Positions 25,259-37,870 of a stretch of 60,477 bases of DNA are shown piece by piece. Below the pieces are notes generated by a model. That model was not told the origin of the DNA. It ran no database searches and saw nothing but the letters and a program-made list of their open reading frames with translations. How positions within the stretch are numbered: the first letter of the stretch is position 1; the number at the start of each line of letters is the position of its first letter. The position numbers were made by a program, and so were the translations under genes. Source of the DNA: Gonapodya sp. JEL0774 (Eukaryota); NCBI GenBank assembly GCA_027604505.1, contig JADIIX010000029.1, forward strand, positions 124,001 through 184,477, in the 5' to 3' direction.

Positions 25259-26717
25259 ATGGTCCCGAACGCTTCTGCTCGCCTCGTGAGCACCAAGGCA
25301 CGAGAAAGTGATTCAATACATGATGATTCGCCGCGGAGCCCTAGTGGAGTGGAACTTCTTGTGGACTTAACGGAGGCTATTCCCCCGTCCGTCATTCTCG
25401 CGTCACTTGTCAGCTTCAACAAATCGGAGCTAGGCAAACGGTTTTATGCGGAGCTCTTTCGGAGATACCCAATAGACATGAACCTCGCCAGTCTCATGTA
25501 TGACGATATTCCGTCAGGCTTGACAGCAGCACTATACTATGGTGACTGATCTCTCAATTTTGCGGTGTTGGCAGACTGCTGCAACCCCCACGGATGCTTA
25601 TATCGCCCTATCACCCTATCACACTTGTGCATCGCAGGTTTAAGCTTCACTTTTGCAGCTCTTGACTTCACGCATCGTCCGAAGTTTCTGTACGACTTGC
25701 GCTTACAAGCTCAAAAAGAGCCCCCGACGCTCAAACATTTTCTCAAGACTTTGTTTTGGGTTGCAGCAAACCAAGTCACAATCATGGTGCCCCTGAAGTT
25801 TTTCTACATTGCGGTTTGGATGCGGAGAGGGGGAATGACAACAATGAGAGTAAGTGACGGGCATTTGTGCGTGCCTGGGCCTCAGGTCACAACGTTTGAT
25901 GTGTCTTTCCACAAACTATGAAATATTTGGACTTCCTCGCTTCAACTCCTATGAAATATTCCACCCAGGGCATTCCAAGTGCTTCACAGTCTGTAAAGGA
26001 GTTTCTTATTCTTGAGCTTGCGTGGCAGGTGTGTCAGATACTCTTGCCGGTTTGAAAAGCATACGATACAATGGACATAATAGCTAACACAGCTTTGTCA
26101 GTTCGCATTTTACGCCGCCCATCGCATACTCCACCACTCGTTTTTCTACAAGCGCGTTCACAAGATCCACCATACCAACACCTCGCCTTTCTCGCTCGCC
26201 GCGGGCTACGCTCACCCGTTCGAACAAGTCTTGGCGAACTCACTCCCCATGCACCTTCCCGCAGCTCTAATGGCCGTTCATCCAAGTAGCTACTGGGCAT
26301 TCTTGACGTGGAGGATTCTTGAAACATGCACCGCTCATGCTGGATACGACCTGCCCATAGTGGGAGGAAACGCAAGATTTCATGACTGGCACCACAGAGT
26401 CTTTGAGGGAAATTGTGAGTTTCTTGATATCGGGGTGCCCAATCACCCTCGGGGGGTCATTGCCCGTGTCACTGCGAACTATATATTCACGGGCCCGATG
26501 GCCCGCCCTCTTGCAACACTTCCCAGATGGTGTAAACTGTGGTGTCATTCTGGTCGATTACATGATGGGCACTTGCGCCCCGTACCTCCGATGGCTCGCC
26601 AGGTACAGGCGCGGTCGGCACTGGTTGACTCATCAAAAGCTTAACGGTGGTGACAGCGCGGACGTGGGTGAAAAGACAGAAGAATCGGGATCGGAGGAAA
26701 CGTTTGAGCAAATCTAA
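25259..26717 (+). CDS. Fatty-acid hydroxylase / sterol desaturase superfamily protein (FAXDC2/Erg25-like); start uncertain
   Basis: His boxes HRILH, HKIHH and HDWHH, plus YAHPFEQ, HAGYDLP and DYMMGT. Confidence 0.88.
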
Positions 26718-26958
26718 GGATGCGTGTGGCGATTTGTACTTCAGTTTGATCGTCGATTGTGGACACGGTCCAATTTAGACAGAATCAGGACGCCGTAATT
26801 CTTGACAAGCTTGACTTTTGTGGAGTAACAGTGAAACAATCTTAATTGCAGTAACATTTGTACATTCTCACTCAAAACACGCGTAAATGATGGTCTCGAG
26901 ATTACGCCTGTCCTATAAAACATCTTGAACTGGAGAGGAATATCACCATTCCACAAGT

Positions 26959-27889
26959 TCACATCGCTCCCGGGTGCTCCTTCTTCACCCAGTCAATCTT
27001 TTCGATTTTCAACTCCCCTCCAATCAACTGATACACGTACAATACCACTGCGGTCCCCTGCAAGTCCATCAGCACAAAGCTCGGGTTCACTTCAGTCTCG
27101 CCGTCTTGAAGATGCGTGAATGCCCCCGTGGCAGATCCTGGGTTGACGAAAAACCGCCCTTCGTACTCGTAAGCCTCGAAACGGTGGGTGTGTCCAGAAA
27201 CGAGGACGTCTACGTCAAGGTGGCGGGCGACAGAGGCAAGGCTGTCAGCGTCACCCCAGGGGATGACATCATGCCCATGGACGAGTCCGACCTTTACAGG
27301 CGGGGAGTCGAGAATGGGTTGCGTCAGTGAATGTTCCACTTTGCACTGTCCTCTCAATCTGCCCACCCATCATTTCCTACGTCTAACCCACACCTTACCT
27401 TCAGCTGTCCGTGCATAACGACTCTCGCACCGGGTGGTACCACTTGACCACCCTGTGGATAAGTTCCGCCGAGCCCCAATTCATCCGCATCCCCCCTTAC
27501 TGGTACCACTTCGGCGGCTACCGAGCGGAGAAAATCCAAAGTTGCGCGTGAAGTAACATTGCCAGTGCAGAGGATTTGTTGAATTTTTCCAGGAACGAGG
27601 AGTTTGGCGAATTTCGCGGGGAGCGAGGAAGTTCGGTTGGGGATATGGGTGTCACCTGCCGTCGAGAGGGGGTGAGAACGAGGGATCAATGAGCGTCGGC
27701 TGGGACAATCACGCGGCTGAAGCTCACCGATCGCTAGTACAAGAACCTGGTGTCCGAGGCGACGAGAATTTGGATAACAGTTTACCCAAGGACACCACCA
27801 GCGCGCGAGGAGAACGAAAGCAAGAAAGCATTCCGGTAGTCATGAGAATCTTCAGCCAAAATAGAGTTCACAACTATCGAACTAACCAT
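26959..27889 (-). CDS. VPS29: Retromer subunit Vps29
   Basis: M|VLVLAIG|DTHIP...AKFAKLLVPGKIQQILCTGN; GLVHGHDVIPWGD; DVDVLVSGHTHRFEAYEYEGRFFVNPGSATGA; PSFVLMDLQ. Confidence 0.96.
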
Positions 27890-28189
27890 TGCAGAGGCTG
27901 CTTTATCGGATTCGCGAAATTACTTGTGGGACCAGTACTCAGACATGCAAGTGACTTCACTCAAACACATGAACGACGACAAAACACGACCCGTCACAGC
28001 AGTGACAAGTAAGCCGCACTTAAAAATGAATTTGTATATTGATATGAGTCTGGAAACACATCACACAGCAGCACCCAAACAACTGGATGTTTGATACGGG
28101 CACTTCTCAAGATTGCGATTGCCCTTGTTTTCACTGGATAACGACAAAACAAAGGAATCGCAATATTGCTGGGGCTACTTCAAATGAGG

Positions 28190-31100
28190 CTACTCCGAAC
28201 CCGCGCCTACCAGTTTGGTCTGAACACCGACATCCGCCTCCTCTTTCCACCTCACTTCATCAAAGTCCGGTCCATCAACAGCAACTTCGGCAGGCTTCGA
28301 CTCCTCCTCAGGCTCACTCTCGGACTCGTCATCTCCCTCGTGCACCCCGTCATTCCCTTTCCCATCTCCTCCAACTGTCCCAACTGGAGGCCGGCTGATG
28401 GGACGCCATACCTCAACTACGGGCTTTACAACGCGCTTTGCCCGTGCCACAATCACTCCTGTCCGCCGTTTCCAGTCTTCTGATTGGGACGAGACCTCGA
28501 GTCCTTGCGTCTTGGATATGCGAACGTCCGTCGTGGGATTGGAGGTCGTATGGACAACCCATCCGCCCCCATCATCATTTGTACCGTCATGTTCATCGGA
28601 GACTGTCTCAATTGCATCAGGTCCAAAGTGATTGCTTAGCAACTGAGACACAATATGGTCAAGCTGAATTGCTTCGTCAGCCGTTGCCCTAATCTTCAGG
28701 TCATCAACCTCAGTCTCCTCTTCCCTGTTGCCGTCCTCATCAAAACGGTCTCCATGCTCATGCCCGTGATGGTGGTGGCCCTTCCCCCCTCCCGACATCT
28801 TGACGCTCGCCCTACTGCCTTCCATCCCAGCCAAACATGCAATCACCGCATCTGCGACGGAATCTGCGACTGGATCTCCTCGCCACGAAACTACCAAGCG
28901 TGGGGGTCCATCAGGGAGGGGATCGTCATCATCTCTCCTGTCCATACCATCGATGACGCCGTGTCGAGTGACTGTTACACATTCCATTACAACCCACTCG
29001 CCTCCACCTTTGACGTCCGATTCGACAACACTCGCCCCTCCAAACATGCCTCCCAAATGCCACTCCACCAAGCCTTTCCCCACTGCACATGGTACTGTCA
29101 CCCGTTGTAGGATGGAAACTGGTGGCAGTGCGGGGATGTGGTCGGATAGATCGAGAGGGTGGAGAAGAGTTGAGCGGAGATCGCGAGTCACTAGGAGGCC
29201 AGATAAGCGGGCAGACGGGGTTGGTGGATGGACCGCCAGGCGACCAATTGTCTACAGAAGGTGGCGACAAGAAAATTATAGTAGAAGAGACACGAGCCTG
29301 TATGCCCAACATCCATCCCACGTTCACAAAAAAACGTACCTTGGCAACTTTCTCTCCGCGGAAATAAAGCCGAACTTCCGTTCCGTTCGCAGGAGTGTAA
29401 ATTTTCATCCGGTCCCCGCCCTGATCTCTCTCCTGGACCCTCGACTGTAGCGCCGCGCGCAGTCTGGACATTTCATTGAAGTCGCCGTGGACGAGAACCT
29501 GCGTCGTGTAAGGGTCGAGAATTCAAGTTTAGCTCATCGAAACAGATCAGACGCGATTCGACCAACCAAATGAGCGACAGCCATTTCCTCAATGAACGAC
29601 GAATTCTGTGCGTAGTCGACGTGGGCCGAGAATGTGACGTAATTTACCGACATGCGTCTTTTAAGCATCCGGCCGCTGAGTGCTTCGATCTCTTCAGGTT
29701 CTGATAAAAGTTTCTATGGGTAACGCGCCGTAAGGTATGAATGATATTATGATGGATAATGGGTAATGCGGGTTTCATTTCGCTGCGAACTAACCCACCT
29801 TACCCATCGTTCCATCCACTAAGTACCCCGCAAACACCGTCCCGTTTCTTGGATCTCCACACCATCTCTCCAACAACTCCCTACTTATTCCGTTTTGAAG
29901 CATACCGGGGCTTGCAAGCATGACACAAGGGCCGGAGTCTTCGAAAGCATCCGCCGAGCGCAGGGAGGAAATGTGTCGGAAGCGAAACGGGTTGTGACCG
30001 TGGAGTTGCACGAGACGTCGGATACGAGGGTGCATAAAGTGAACGTATGTCTCGTACACCGCCTGGATTTGGGCGTGGATGAAGGGACATAGGGTGTCCA
30101 GTCATGGTTGGCAACGGACCTCTTTGCGGCCCCACTCACCATACACTTCCTGGCCAAACTACTCGCATAGTAAATAGGTATTCCCTGCAACTGAGGGTTA
30201 CGCTGCCAGTACTCATCCAAGATGAGAAGGAGTTCCTGAGCTCGGCCAAGAGCAAACGTGGGTATCAGGCAACGGCCTCCACGAAGAACGATATCGTGAA
30301 CTAGGCCTGCACATGAGCAATACGATGAGTACACGACAATAGAATCCGCCGCCGACGATGACCGCTGGAATGGTGGAGACTCACGTGTAAACCGAGCCTC
30401 TCTTTCTACGACAGGCTCGTGGCTCTGAACGCCATAAGTACTTTCCGAAATCATTACCTCGCACCTCTCCCTAGGTTTTTCTGCTGCCATCAGGTGCCTG
30501 TCTTCCTCTCTGGAATAATCCCCAGTGTAGAGGATTTTGACGCCTCCGATTTCCACGACGAACATGGCCGCGCCAAGGACATGACCGGCATTATAGGCCG
30601 TGAATCGGATACCCGACGACTCATAAGTCGAATGAAAGTCGCATGGCGTAATTCGGTCGGTACAGCGGAGAAGATCCTCTTCCGTGAAGAGTGTGTCGCT
30701 GGCGTTATTCGAGTTTAAAGAACCTCCCGCGCCTCCACCAGGGTTAGAAGAGGGTGTAGATACACGTAGATAGTCTGCCAACAGCCAGCGAAAGATTGAT
30801 TTTGTTGGGTGAGTCATGAAAACCTTGCCTCGAAAAGAAGTCTTCGAAATTGGAGATGGAGACGTAAAAGGGTACCCGCAAAGTCAAGCATCGACATCAT
30901 ATCACCTTCTGCATAAAGTACGGAAGGGCGCCAGCGTGGTCTAGGTGGAAGCTGGTCGAGGGGGCTGTTGAGGTTCGAACTTATTTCGAGATCAACAGAG
31001 ATGGGTAGACCCACTGGGTAACCAGCAAAAGATCGATTTCTGCCGGGTCGATGAAGTCAAAGAATGGAAGAGAAGCGAGACCACTGAATGCCGGATGAAT

Positions 31101-31527
31101 ACCACAGTCCATCTGAGTGCAGTTTGGATTTGGTTGAAAGAGGTTCAACACGAGTGCAGCTACGAGTATCGAACAGAACCAGTTTCCTCATGACGTCCAA
31201 GATAAAGATTTCATGGATACTACTTCAACTCTCTCATCACTGTACATCACGTCCCGGTGAAAGAATAGACAAAAGTTCCCGAACCTGGATAGCATAGCTG
31301 GAATCACTTACCATGACTGTCTTCCCCTTGTATTTAATCACAACGCAAGATCTTCCGACCTCGTTGCCGGCCCCCAGCGGCATAATTCGCATAACATCCT
31401 CTTCGCTCGTGACGGGGGGAATCTTGGAAGAGTCGCAGGTAGATCAGGTTATCAACTGCTAACTGGTTCTGCGGCAACAAGGAACTTTGGACAGCAAACT
31501 CACCTGAGCTCTCCGCTTCTCTCCCAT
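28190..31527 (-). CDS. YSH1: Cleavage/polyadenylation endonuclease Ysh1/CPSF73 (metallo-beta-lactamase/beta-CASP)
   Basis: [81 protein letters not shown]-terminal [13 protein letters not shown]. Confidence 0.97.
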
Positions 31528-31661
31528 ATCGATTGGAGATGAAAGTCGTTCACGGCTAGTGGGGAGTGGACCCATACAAGTAACTGTGACATACATGCAG
31601 ATTTTGGCTGTCCCGGCGACGGAGACTCTCAAATCCATTTTCCCAAGTTTCCTGACGACCA

Positions 31662-33364
31662 ATGTTCCGAACTTTCAGAACGGAGGGATTTAATGGCTAT
31701 GCCGTGGGTTCTTGGCTTGAATGTGCCCCGATGCTCAACAGTTGAGCTGAATGTCCGCACCTCTTCAACATCTTGGACCTTCCGGCATCTTACCTCGTTG
31801 AAATGCCCATCTGAAATGATTCCAAGTGTCCATTCTCTCCCTTCTTCGAGAACCGCCTCGCTGTTGCGTCCTCCTCAAACTTTGGGATCGTCGGAAACGG
31901 TCGGTTGTGGATTCTAAATATAAACGCCCCACCCCAAACAGGACCACCGGGCGCGCTTGGAGGAGGAATTGTGCCTGAACGATCGTGAGTATCATTGTGC
32001 GAGATTTCTCTGAACAGAGGTCGCTCCTCTTTGCCGGGACAAATGGACACCGAAAGTGTCTGTGAGTAACAGCAGAGGGAACGGCACTGAAGTTGAAGTG
32101 AGCCAAGCAAGGCTTGCCGCAACCTATTTTAAATCTATCTGTTGTACGGTTTTTGTGATGTGGAGGCACTTTCCTGAATCTCCTGACCATGTTGCCAACA
32201 TTTCCCTGCTTTATCTTCTCCCGTTCAAGATACGACACTCAAGACGGCCTATTCGATGCTTGCTGGTCCGAACTCAATGAGAACCAAATAGTAGCTTGCT
32301 CGGGAGATGGTAGTGTGAAACTTTTCGATATTGGGATCGCGGTGAGTTGTATTTAGCCCGTTCATTCAACCGGAAGCTCTACAACAAAACAATTTCGCAC
32401 AAAATTATTCTCATTTCGCATATTCACCTCTCCTGTACAATCATCTCGCTGAAAAGGACCCGTTCCCTATTCGAAACTGGCGGGAACACTCACGCGAGGT
32501 CTTCTCGGTCAGTTGGAATCAGGTTAAGAAAGACACCTTTGTGACAAGCTCTTGGGACCATACAGTCAAAGTGGTGAGTAAGGGTGTTGGGTAATACATG
32601 GGTTTGCCTTGTGTGGTTTCAGAGTGCGTACATCGGTCGAATCCATATAATGCGACGATCTATAAGCGGATCAAACGTTACCTGCAGAATGCTTCACTTG
32701 ACGACCAAATCGTTTTGAGCGTGCATTTGTCCGGTGGCACTCACCCGTAATAACCGGACGTTCCAATCTTTGTTCACAGTGGAACCCTACCCTTCCTCGC
32801 TCTATCCTCACCTTCTCCGAACACACCCACTGCGTCTACGCTGCCATTTACCACCCCTCTAATCCTGATATGCTCGCATCCTGCTCTGGTGACCACACTC
32901 TCAAAATTTGGGACCTCAAATCTCCACGATCTGTCAGCACCATCCGAGCCCACGCTAACGAGATCCTAAGTTGCGACTGGAACAAATACCGTGAGACCAT
33001 GGTGGTGACAGGGAGTGTGGATCACACAGTTCGTGTGTGGGACATCCGTAACCCAAACATACCTGTCTCGACCCTTGCCGGACACGAATATGCCGTTCGA
33101 CGCGTCAAATGCAGTCCGCATTCGCCCGATCTTATTGCCAGCTGTGGATACGATATGACCGTTCGGTTCTGGGATACTTCAATAGTGCCCGCAGGTGGAG
33201 GAATTGGAGCACCCAATGCCGGTTGCGTGTTTGTGCATGATCGACACACGGAGTTTGTGCTTGGAGTGGACTTTTCACTATATGTGGAGGGTTTGGTGGC
33301 GACGGCTGCTTGGGATGAGGGAGTCCATGTCTTTGCACCGCCTGTCGCTGTCGGGAGACGATAG
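31662..33364 (+). CDS. PEX7: PTS2 receptor Pex7 (WD40)
   Basis: [104 protein letters not shown]. Confidence 0.96.
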
Positions 33365-33868
33365 GGAGGAGTGGTTCTGTCATGTTGATGGAGGAACTCG
33401 GGTAGATTCGAGCCGAGGACCGGAATAGTACTTTGGGTCCACATCTTTGAGCTTGAAGCCTTGTGAATGGTCAGTCCTCTATGCCTCCCGATGGAGTACG
33501 TGTTGGGATGCATCCTGGGTTGATTTTGGGTGTTATCATCTACCCTAGAGTATGCTTACCTGACTAATGTCTGATAACATTGCCTTGCACAACTCAAACC
33601 GTTCTGATGAAGGTCACGAATGTCCGTCAAACTGCCAATATCGGCATATCCTCTCGAGTACATTAATTGTTATTTATGTTCGAATTGCTTAGTGCGAACG
33701 AAGCTGTTTGTGTTCAATTCGGTCAACCACGCAAGCCAGCTGAGTGGGTTGAGTAATTTAGCCGGTGCAGTTGGAGAAAGACCTCAAGTCTTTGTTCCAC
33801 ACCAAAACACCAAAACGACAGCAAAAGCGAACCAAAACCGATTCACTGCAAGTAACTTTTCCCAGAAA

Positions 33869-34556
33869 ATGACCAGCGACGAAAAGCGCCCTCTTCTCCA
33901 ACCTGAAGCTCAAGAACCCGCGGCTGCTGGCGGGTCCTCCACCCAAGAAGCTCCTTCTCAGCCACCGTCGGAGAATCTCTATCCTGCCGTTCCCCCTTCC
34001 TACTCTGCCGTCGTAGCGCCCCCTGCCCCCGCCCCCGCGAACGGCCGTGGATTACCGGACCCACCTCCTGCATATACACAAACATACGTGAATCCCATGC
34101 AACCCCCACCAGCCATCGTGGTGGCCGCTACTGGTGTACCCGTGGGATACGATATCGTGTCAGGGTATGTGGCTTTAGACGTTAATGGTGAGAGTTGCTT
34201 TCGTCGATGGGTTTCTTGTATGTGAGGGCGAGTCGCTCAATATTCCAATACTCGATTGGTCACCTCCAGCCCCCGTAAGAATCTACTGCCCTTATTGCCG
34301 CCAGTTCACGATCACAGAAGTTGGGCAGAGGACAGGAACCGCGGCATTCCTTGGATCGGGCATTCTTTGGTAAGTATCTTTTCCTCCAACCATGTGTGCT
34401 CACAACTGACATGCATCCTCCGTCGCTTCCCGACTTTCTTCTTTCTCTTCTAGCTGCATTTGCTGGCCCCTTTTCTGGCTCCCGCTCGTCTTCTGTCGGG
34501 ACCAAATCCATCGGTGCACTAAATGCGAGAACGTCCTGGCTGTCATTCCTGCCTGA
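33869..34556 (+). CDS. LITAF-like zinc-ribbon membrane-associated protein with PPxY motifs
   Basis: Pro-rich N-terminus with PPSY and PPAY; PVRIYCPYCRQFTIT, a hydrophobic stretch, then DQIHRCTKCENVL*. Confidence 0.88.
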
Positions 34557-34856
34557 GTTGGTTTGCCTTGTCGATGTTGATGGGGAATGGGAGAGTTGGC
34601 TGTTTACGCTCGTTTGATTTCCTTGTTGGCAATGGAGCTATCCTGACTTGGCCCCTGGTGTAACGAAACAGTTTGCCGTTTGTGCTTGTTTTCAAACTAC
34701 CTGTAAATTTAGAGCTGATGCATCGTTTTTGTACCTTTTCTAAACATCTGTGACATGTGGAGAAAGGCTAATCTAATCCTCCTGGTCGGTTCGGTCCCTG
34801 TTACCGCACGCTTGTTCTTTCGGAGATCATAGCCAGTCGTCTCGTTTCATTTTCAA

Positions 34857-36250
34857 TTAGTGCAGCGCGTTCGGCCCAGATCTCTCCTTTTCCTCCTCGA
34901 TCGTCCTTTTCTTATCGATATCTTCCAACCTGACTAGTCTCTGCGGCAAGCACAGGCATTTCAGTTTTCAGTACACAAAAACAAATACAGGCAATCCGTG
35001 AGCATGATTCAAGTCGTTCCAAAAATCCCCAAAAGCAACCGAATAGCTGCTTTTGACAACTCATACCTGTGCAATTTCCCCTGTTATTTTTTCTCGATGC
35101 GCTTTTCCTTGGCCGAGTTCTTCCATCTCTTTGAGCCACGTGTGTCTTTCCTTGATTTCGTTCAGAACTTTGTGTTGTTCAAGATCACGGGTGACGTAGC
35201 GAGCATGTAAACGAGAAGCGGTGAGCTCCTCAATAACACCCCAAACCAAGAACAGGGCCGGAGTACTCGGTATTCTCACCAGTTTGGAATTCGTCATCGA
35301 GCTCCCCTCCGTCTGGTCCCAGACCTTGTCTCTCCAACCACCTTCCATTCCCCTTTCTCACTCTCGTTCTGCGCCGTTCGGCCTCTTCTTCGGCCAGCCA
35401 CAGGCTGACTCGGGTGTTCGCGGTGGTTGCACCGTCAGAGGGAAAGGATAAAGTGGACGAGACGTCTGAGGGAAGTAGAAATTTTGCGACTGGGTCTGCG
35501 GGGAGTGTCGAAGCGGTAGAGAGTGGCGTGCTGGTCGCCATGACGAACTGGAGGTGTTCCTTGTCTTGCTCCACCGATCCTGATCCAAAGAAATCCAAAC
35601 GGTTGCTATTCGCTGAAAAATTTGCAATTACAGAGGAGTAACATCGACTCACGTCTCCCTGCTCTCGGTCCCGCACCGGGCCTGTACCGCTCTCGCTCAA
35701 ACGCACGCCCACCGTCCTGTTCTAATATTTGACCTAACGTTCGTATTGATGGCTTTGGCACAAGCGGAACAGAGATTCTTCCCTGCACAAGGCAAGCGGA
35801 CGAGCGTCCGAACGGGTTTTTGTCCCGACGGGCGGAAATGGCGGCGTGGGAGGTTGAAGCAGAAGAAGGGAGGGAGGATGGGAGATAGCCGGTCTCTAAA
35901 GAAACATTGGCGTCATCCCAAATCACAGAGGGTTGATAACGCTCGCGTCTGAAGCGACGTCGGAGTTCGCAATTGAACGTAGTTGTTGCAGCTCACCGCA
36001 GATCGCCCCCTCAAGCACGCGCTGTTGCAAATGCGTGAGCTTGGCTCCACCCATCATCGCTGCCATGTCAATTAAACTGTCGATCAACGTGATCTCATGA
36101 GATTCACCGCCGGGGGTCTCACATCGTAGCAAGTCTCGCGTCTCTTTGCCAAGTTGCATGGACGTGCCGTTCTTCTTCCCCTTCGCTCCAATCTGGCCAT
36201 TCCACGCTTCCCGCTGATCGCTCCAGGTCGGAAATGATGGGGGGTCACCT
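34857..36250 (-). CDS. UPF0193 (EVG1/C22orf23-like) protein; start not resolved
   Basis: ETRDLLR...MMGGAKLTHLQQR; EKEHLQFVMA-like segment; EIKERHTWLKEMEELGQGKAHREKITGEIAQ|RLVRLEDID, similar to my recollection of the UPF0193 C-terminal block. Confidence 0.75.
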
Positions 36251-37870
36251 GGAATTATTGCCGGCGATGCAGTACAAGATTGATTGAGCATAAATATGAT
36301 GGATTGGAATATGTCTGACACCAAACCGCGGTCATCCCACGATGATCGGCGCCGGCCCTGCCGAAACACAACACTCCCAGCGTGGATGATGTAGTTGGGC
36401 GACAAAGAGAACTTTGCAGGTTCATAGGCATGCAGTAGCTAAATACATTTGTACGTGGCTGTATGATCCAATATTGATTGTACAATCAATTTGCGCTACA
36501 ATATTTTAGTGCATCTCCACCCCCTCCTTCACGCGAGGGTGACGGTAATTCTCCGCGCCACCTTGCGGCCGGCGCATCCCGGAACGCCCTCTGCAATGAC
36601 CTATCTGTTATGGTGGTCCTAGTGCAGAGGTGGAGGACGTAACTATATACATGATTCAGTGATTCTACCACCGAGTGAGCTCAAAAGCCCTTTGCATAAA
36701 TTGACCCAAACTCTTCCCCAATATCAACAGACAGCCAGCCCCGGCCCATTGCTCCTGTGTACTAAAAGGAAGTGTGTATGTGGAAATGCACTTGATCGAG
36801 TTGTAGTCCCTTGATCAGTGACTGTCGTTGGCAAACCAACCCCGTTGGCATTTAAACCGGTTCAACACATTTGAGATCGGCAAACGAAAGATGTAAACCC
36901 TCGGGGAGCAGACAGACAACAACACATTTCAATAATCTTGTGGTTCCATACCAACACCTTGTACATACGTGTGTGACACGGAATCTCAGGAAAGTTATGT
37001 TCATCTTTGTGCTGTCTTGAAGCTCTGTACTATCTCCAATTGTGCCAGGGGTTGTTAGAGTTCCCGATCCACAACAAATCCCCGCCACCCAACCTTTTCC
37101 GACCACCAAAAAGAGAGATTGCGACGCGGAGCTGCGACAACGTCGCCAAGGTGAGATCGACAGTAGAAACTTGGATGAGCGGGGATGGAGGCTACTTCGA
37201 CCAAGACCTCTTTGCAGTTTCATGGATTTCTGCGTGTTTGCTATTACTCCCCATAGACTTTCAAACGAAAAGCTGACTCCAGCTATCCTCACGGAATCAA
37301 ACAGGTGAAAGCAATACCGGCTTAAGAAACTCCGATTCGGCGGACGGAAGACAATACCCAGGTGAGCAGCGGTCAGAACCCTTGCCCCGTTGCAAAATGG
37401 GGATTGCCAGCTGCGGTTCAAAGCCGGATCTGATTAAATCGAATGTTGGGAGAGTGTATTAATACACCGGATACTCAGACGGGGGAAGAGCTCGTCCAGT
37501 GGGTTGCTCGGGAGTGGGCCGATGGTAGTGATAAACAAAGTCATATTGTCGGCTAAAGCCGATGGAAACTAGCAAGACCATCGCAATGTTTGCCCTACCT
37601 GTGGATGACTGCTAGGGTCCCTGATTGTTTGCAAGTTTGTCTTTTGCAAGACCAAACACAAAAGCGGAAAGATATCAAACCTGGAGCTGTCTTATGACCC
37701 ATCTTCTCTCAATTTCAGGCTTTGAGTAGATATCACGCGGAACTTGGCGCCATTCAGCGGCCGCAGCGACGCCAATCAGTCCGTGGCATTCTAGATCCCC
37801 ACACCATTGTTGCATACCACGGAACCCAGATACCCCGCCTCCTGTCGATTCCTACATTCGAGTATCCATT

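Noticed and set aside
8605..33364. PEX16, PEX7 and the fatty-acid hydroxylase as a peroxisome gene cluster
   Set aside because: They are separated by >20 kb of unrelated genes; chance co-location is sufficient.
36588..36630. Hairpin CCTCTGCA..TGCAGAGG containing ATGA, as a SECIS or ncRNA
   Set aside because: The upper stem is too short, there is no apical AA or paired GA quartet, and no upstream selenoprotein candidate.
36480..37870. Short ORFs in the EVG1-kinase intergenic region
   Set aside because: They have no motifs or consistent splice pattern; treated as divergent promoter/UTR sequence.
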